From Neoechinorhynchus agilis (Eukaryota; Animalia; Acanthocephala), in NCBI GenBank assembly GCA_051530055.1, contig CM121341.1, forward strand, positions 1,550,001 through 1,614,000: 64,000 nt of DNA, read 5' to 3'. The notes under the pieces are model-generated. The model was not told the DNA's origin and did no database searches. It saw only the letters and a list, made by a program, of their open reading frames with translations. How positions within the stretch are numbered: the stretch's first letter is position 1; each line of letters starts with the position of its first letter. The translations under genes and the position numbers were made by a program. This document shows positions 62,240 to 64,000 of this stretch, one piece after another.

Positions 62240-64000
62240 ATGGCTAATAACGAAGCGGATAAGCTTGATTGGGAATCGTTACCTTATCATCAAAAGATTC
62301 AGCACAAATCGTGGCAAGCACGAGTATCTGGCTACGAAGAACTTACCAAAATTCTGTCATCAAAGTCCCAATTAACGGCTGAAGCTCTTAGTCGCTACTC
62401 ATCCACTTGTCAATCCTTTCCATTGGAAACGATTGAAGTAGTGAAATCTAAGGCTCTTGAGGCTCTTTTGGTCTTGCTTGATATTCATTTTTCTAGCGTC
62501 AAAAGAGCTGTTGGGGACATAGCCACAGGGGTTGTCAATAAATGCTTAGCGGGAAAGACGAAGACCCGAGAATTAGCATTCAAAATCCTGTGTACATGCA
62601 TTGAAATTGAACAACATGAAGTTACACTTGATGCTCTCTACACTGGAATGGAAAACAAGCAACCAAAAGTTGTGTTGGCCTGTGTGGAGTGTGTCCGGAT
62701 TAATCTACATGATTTTGGAATTAAAGTCGTAGCACCAAAGAAACTCATGTCGAAAATCACCAAAGTGCTCGATCATAAAGATGCTTCCGTTCGCAAAGAA
62801 GCAAAATTGTGCATGTTGGAGTTGTTTCGATGGGTCCCAGACCACTCTACAGTGATCGCCAGTGTTCAACAGAACATAAAAAGCGTTATTTTAAGTGAGT
62901 TAGAAAACGATTGGACTGCTTTGAAAGCGGAAGGGGAATTCGTTGGTGTGCCGACAAAATATTTAAGATCTCAACGGCCACTCGATAATGATGGCTTCGA
63001 CTTAGATGGAGTTACTGCGTCCGTCGACGAAGAAAAGGATGATGAACTAACTGACGAACTTGATTTAACGGAACCTACAGATCTTAAAGTTCCTGCAGAT
63101 TATTTTACTCGAATTATAAGTTCAAAATGGCAAGATCGAAGGGACGCTCTTTCTTCGTTAAAAACACTTCTTCCATCTGAACGAATGGATATTTTTCTTC
63201 TTTCCGACAGTATGGATTATTCTCAGCTGATTAGATCTCTTCATAAAGTGATCACGACTGATACAAACGTTATACTAGTCGTCGCAGCTGCTCAATGTCT
63301 TGAACCTATTGCTTATGGACTTAAAAACGGGCGAATGAATCGATCTTTAATGCTTCAATGTATTGAAGGATGTCTCGAACGTAGTCGAGAAAAGAAAGCG
63401 AATGTAGTGGACGCACTTCGTAAGACGGCGAATGCTGTAATGTCCACAGATCTTCAACAATTCGAAGTTGTGCTCACTGAGGTTCTCAATAATTTAGCAG
63501 ATAATAAAGTGCCTGGGGTAAAACAGTCTGTTCATATTTTAATACGTCAAACTCTTAGTGAATCTCGAGTTAAAGTGAACAAGAAACTGGGAAAAACTGT
63601 AGCTGATGTACTTCTGAAAAACGTTGGGGTTGCCGATAGTGGCGCTAGAGACAGTGCATTTCAAGCCCTTGCCCAACTGATTACCAAAGTTGGAGATGGA
63701 GTTATTGATTCTCAACTAAGCACTCTTGACTCAACGAAAATGGCTAAAGTTGAAGGTTATCTCAATGAGTATAAATCAGTCGCTCCAAAAGTAACGGCTA
63801 AAGTAGTTAAGCCCGCAACGCCAGCTCCCGTAGTAGCTGCTAACACGGTGAAGAAACCTCAACCGCCTAAACCAACAAAAGGAAAACCAGCTAAGAAGAT
63901 AAAAGCAAGCAATACAGCGCCATCGCAAATTCCTTCATCAGTATTGGCAAAAGAATCTCCATTGGAATTAGAGGCGGCTGAGACTATTGCAGAAGGGATT
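62240..64000 (+). CDS. CKAP5: CKAP5/XMAP215/ch-TOG microtubule polymerase, 5' part (runs off the window)
   Basis: MANNEADKLDWESLPYHQKIQHKSWQARVSGYEEL (TOG1), NKQPKVV and SSKWQDRRDAL (TOG2) motifs. It is missing from the ORF track, probably because there is no stop inside the window. Confidence 0.9.
   Translation, partial: MANNEADKLDWESLPYHQKIQHKSWQARVSGYEELTKILSSKSQLTAEALSRYSSTCQSFPLETIEVVKSKALEALLVLLDIHFSSVKRAVGDIATGVVNKCLAGKTKTRELAFKILCTCIEIEQHEVTLDALYTGMENKQPKVVLACVECVRINLHDFGIKVVAPKKLMSKITKVLDHKDASVRKEAKLCMLELFRWVPDHSTVIASVQQNIKSVILSELENDWTALKAEGEFVGVPTKYLRSQRPLDNDGFDLDGVTASVDEEKDDELTDELDLTEPTDLKVPADYFTRIISSKWQDRRDALSSLKTLLPSERMDIFLLSDSMDYSQLIRSLHKVITTDTNVILVVAAAQCLEPIAYGLKNGRMNRSLMLQCIEGCLERSREKKANVVDALRKTANAVMSTDLQQFEVVLTEVLNNLADNKVPGVKQSVHILIRQTLSESRVKVNKKLGKTVADVLLKNVGVADSGARDSAFQALAQLITKVGDGVIDSQLSTLDSTKMAKVEGYLNEYKSVAPKVTAKVVKPATPAPVVAANTVKKPQPPKPTKGKPAKKIKASNTAPSQIPSSVLAKESPLELEAAETIAEGI

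Overview
This is eukaryotic (metazoan) DNA from a compact, AT-rich genome with short introns and many intron-poor genes. The ORF track uses TTG/GTG starts, so most starts were re-assigned by hand. Conserved genes found: ZC3H4/6-like CCCH protein, SLC52 riboflavin transporter, MRPL14, a LIM protein, RPL5, C9orf78/TLS1, ATP5MK, a BAG1-type Ubl protein, a MED28-like protein, two identical Emi1/Rca1-like genes in a 3.4-kb palindrome, a helicase-less DHX9 N-terminus, a lamin, bystin, AFG3L2-type m-AAA protease and the 5' part of CKAP5/XMAP215. About a quarter of the window is four unrelated tandem arrays (about 309, 271, 158 and 114 bp units) abutting genes. There are nine fragments of RLE-type (CRE-like) non-LTR retrotransposons, a CR1/Jockey-type RT relic, Penelope-like (PLE) fragments and several fold-back elements. 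Main discoveries: (i) seven hammerhead-ribozyme-like motifs of one minimal architecture, including a near-perfect one inside a 135-bp insertion with a 12-bp target-site duplication in a satellite, and one whose core overlaps a PLE GIY-YIG stop codon; (ii) a roughly 390-nt highly structured RNA candidate directly followed by a hammerhead; (iii) a 17-copy satellite whose unit contains the last codons, stop region and AATAAA of RPL5; (iv) a dsRBD-only DHX9 derivative; (v) an Emi1 palindrome giving identical proteins with different 3' UTRs. All folds and family assignments were made by eye; no database search or folding program was run.
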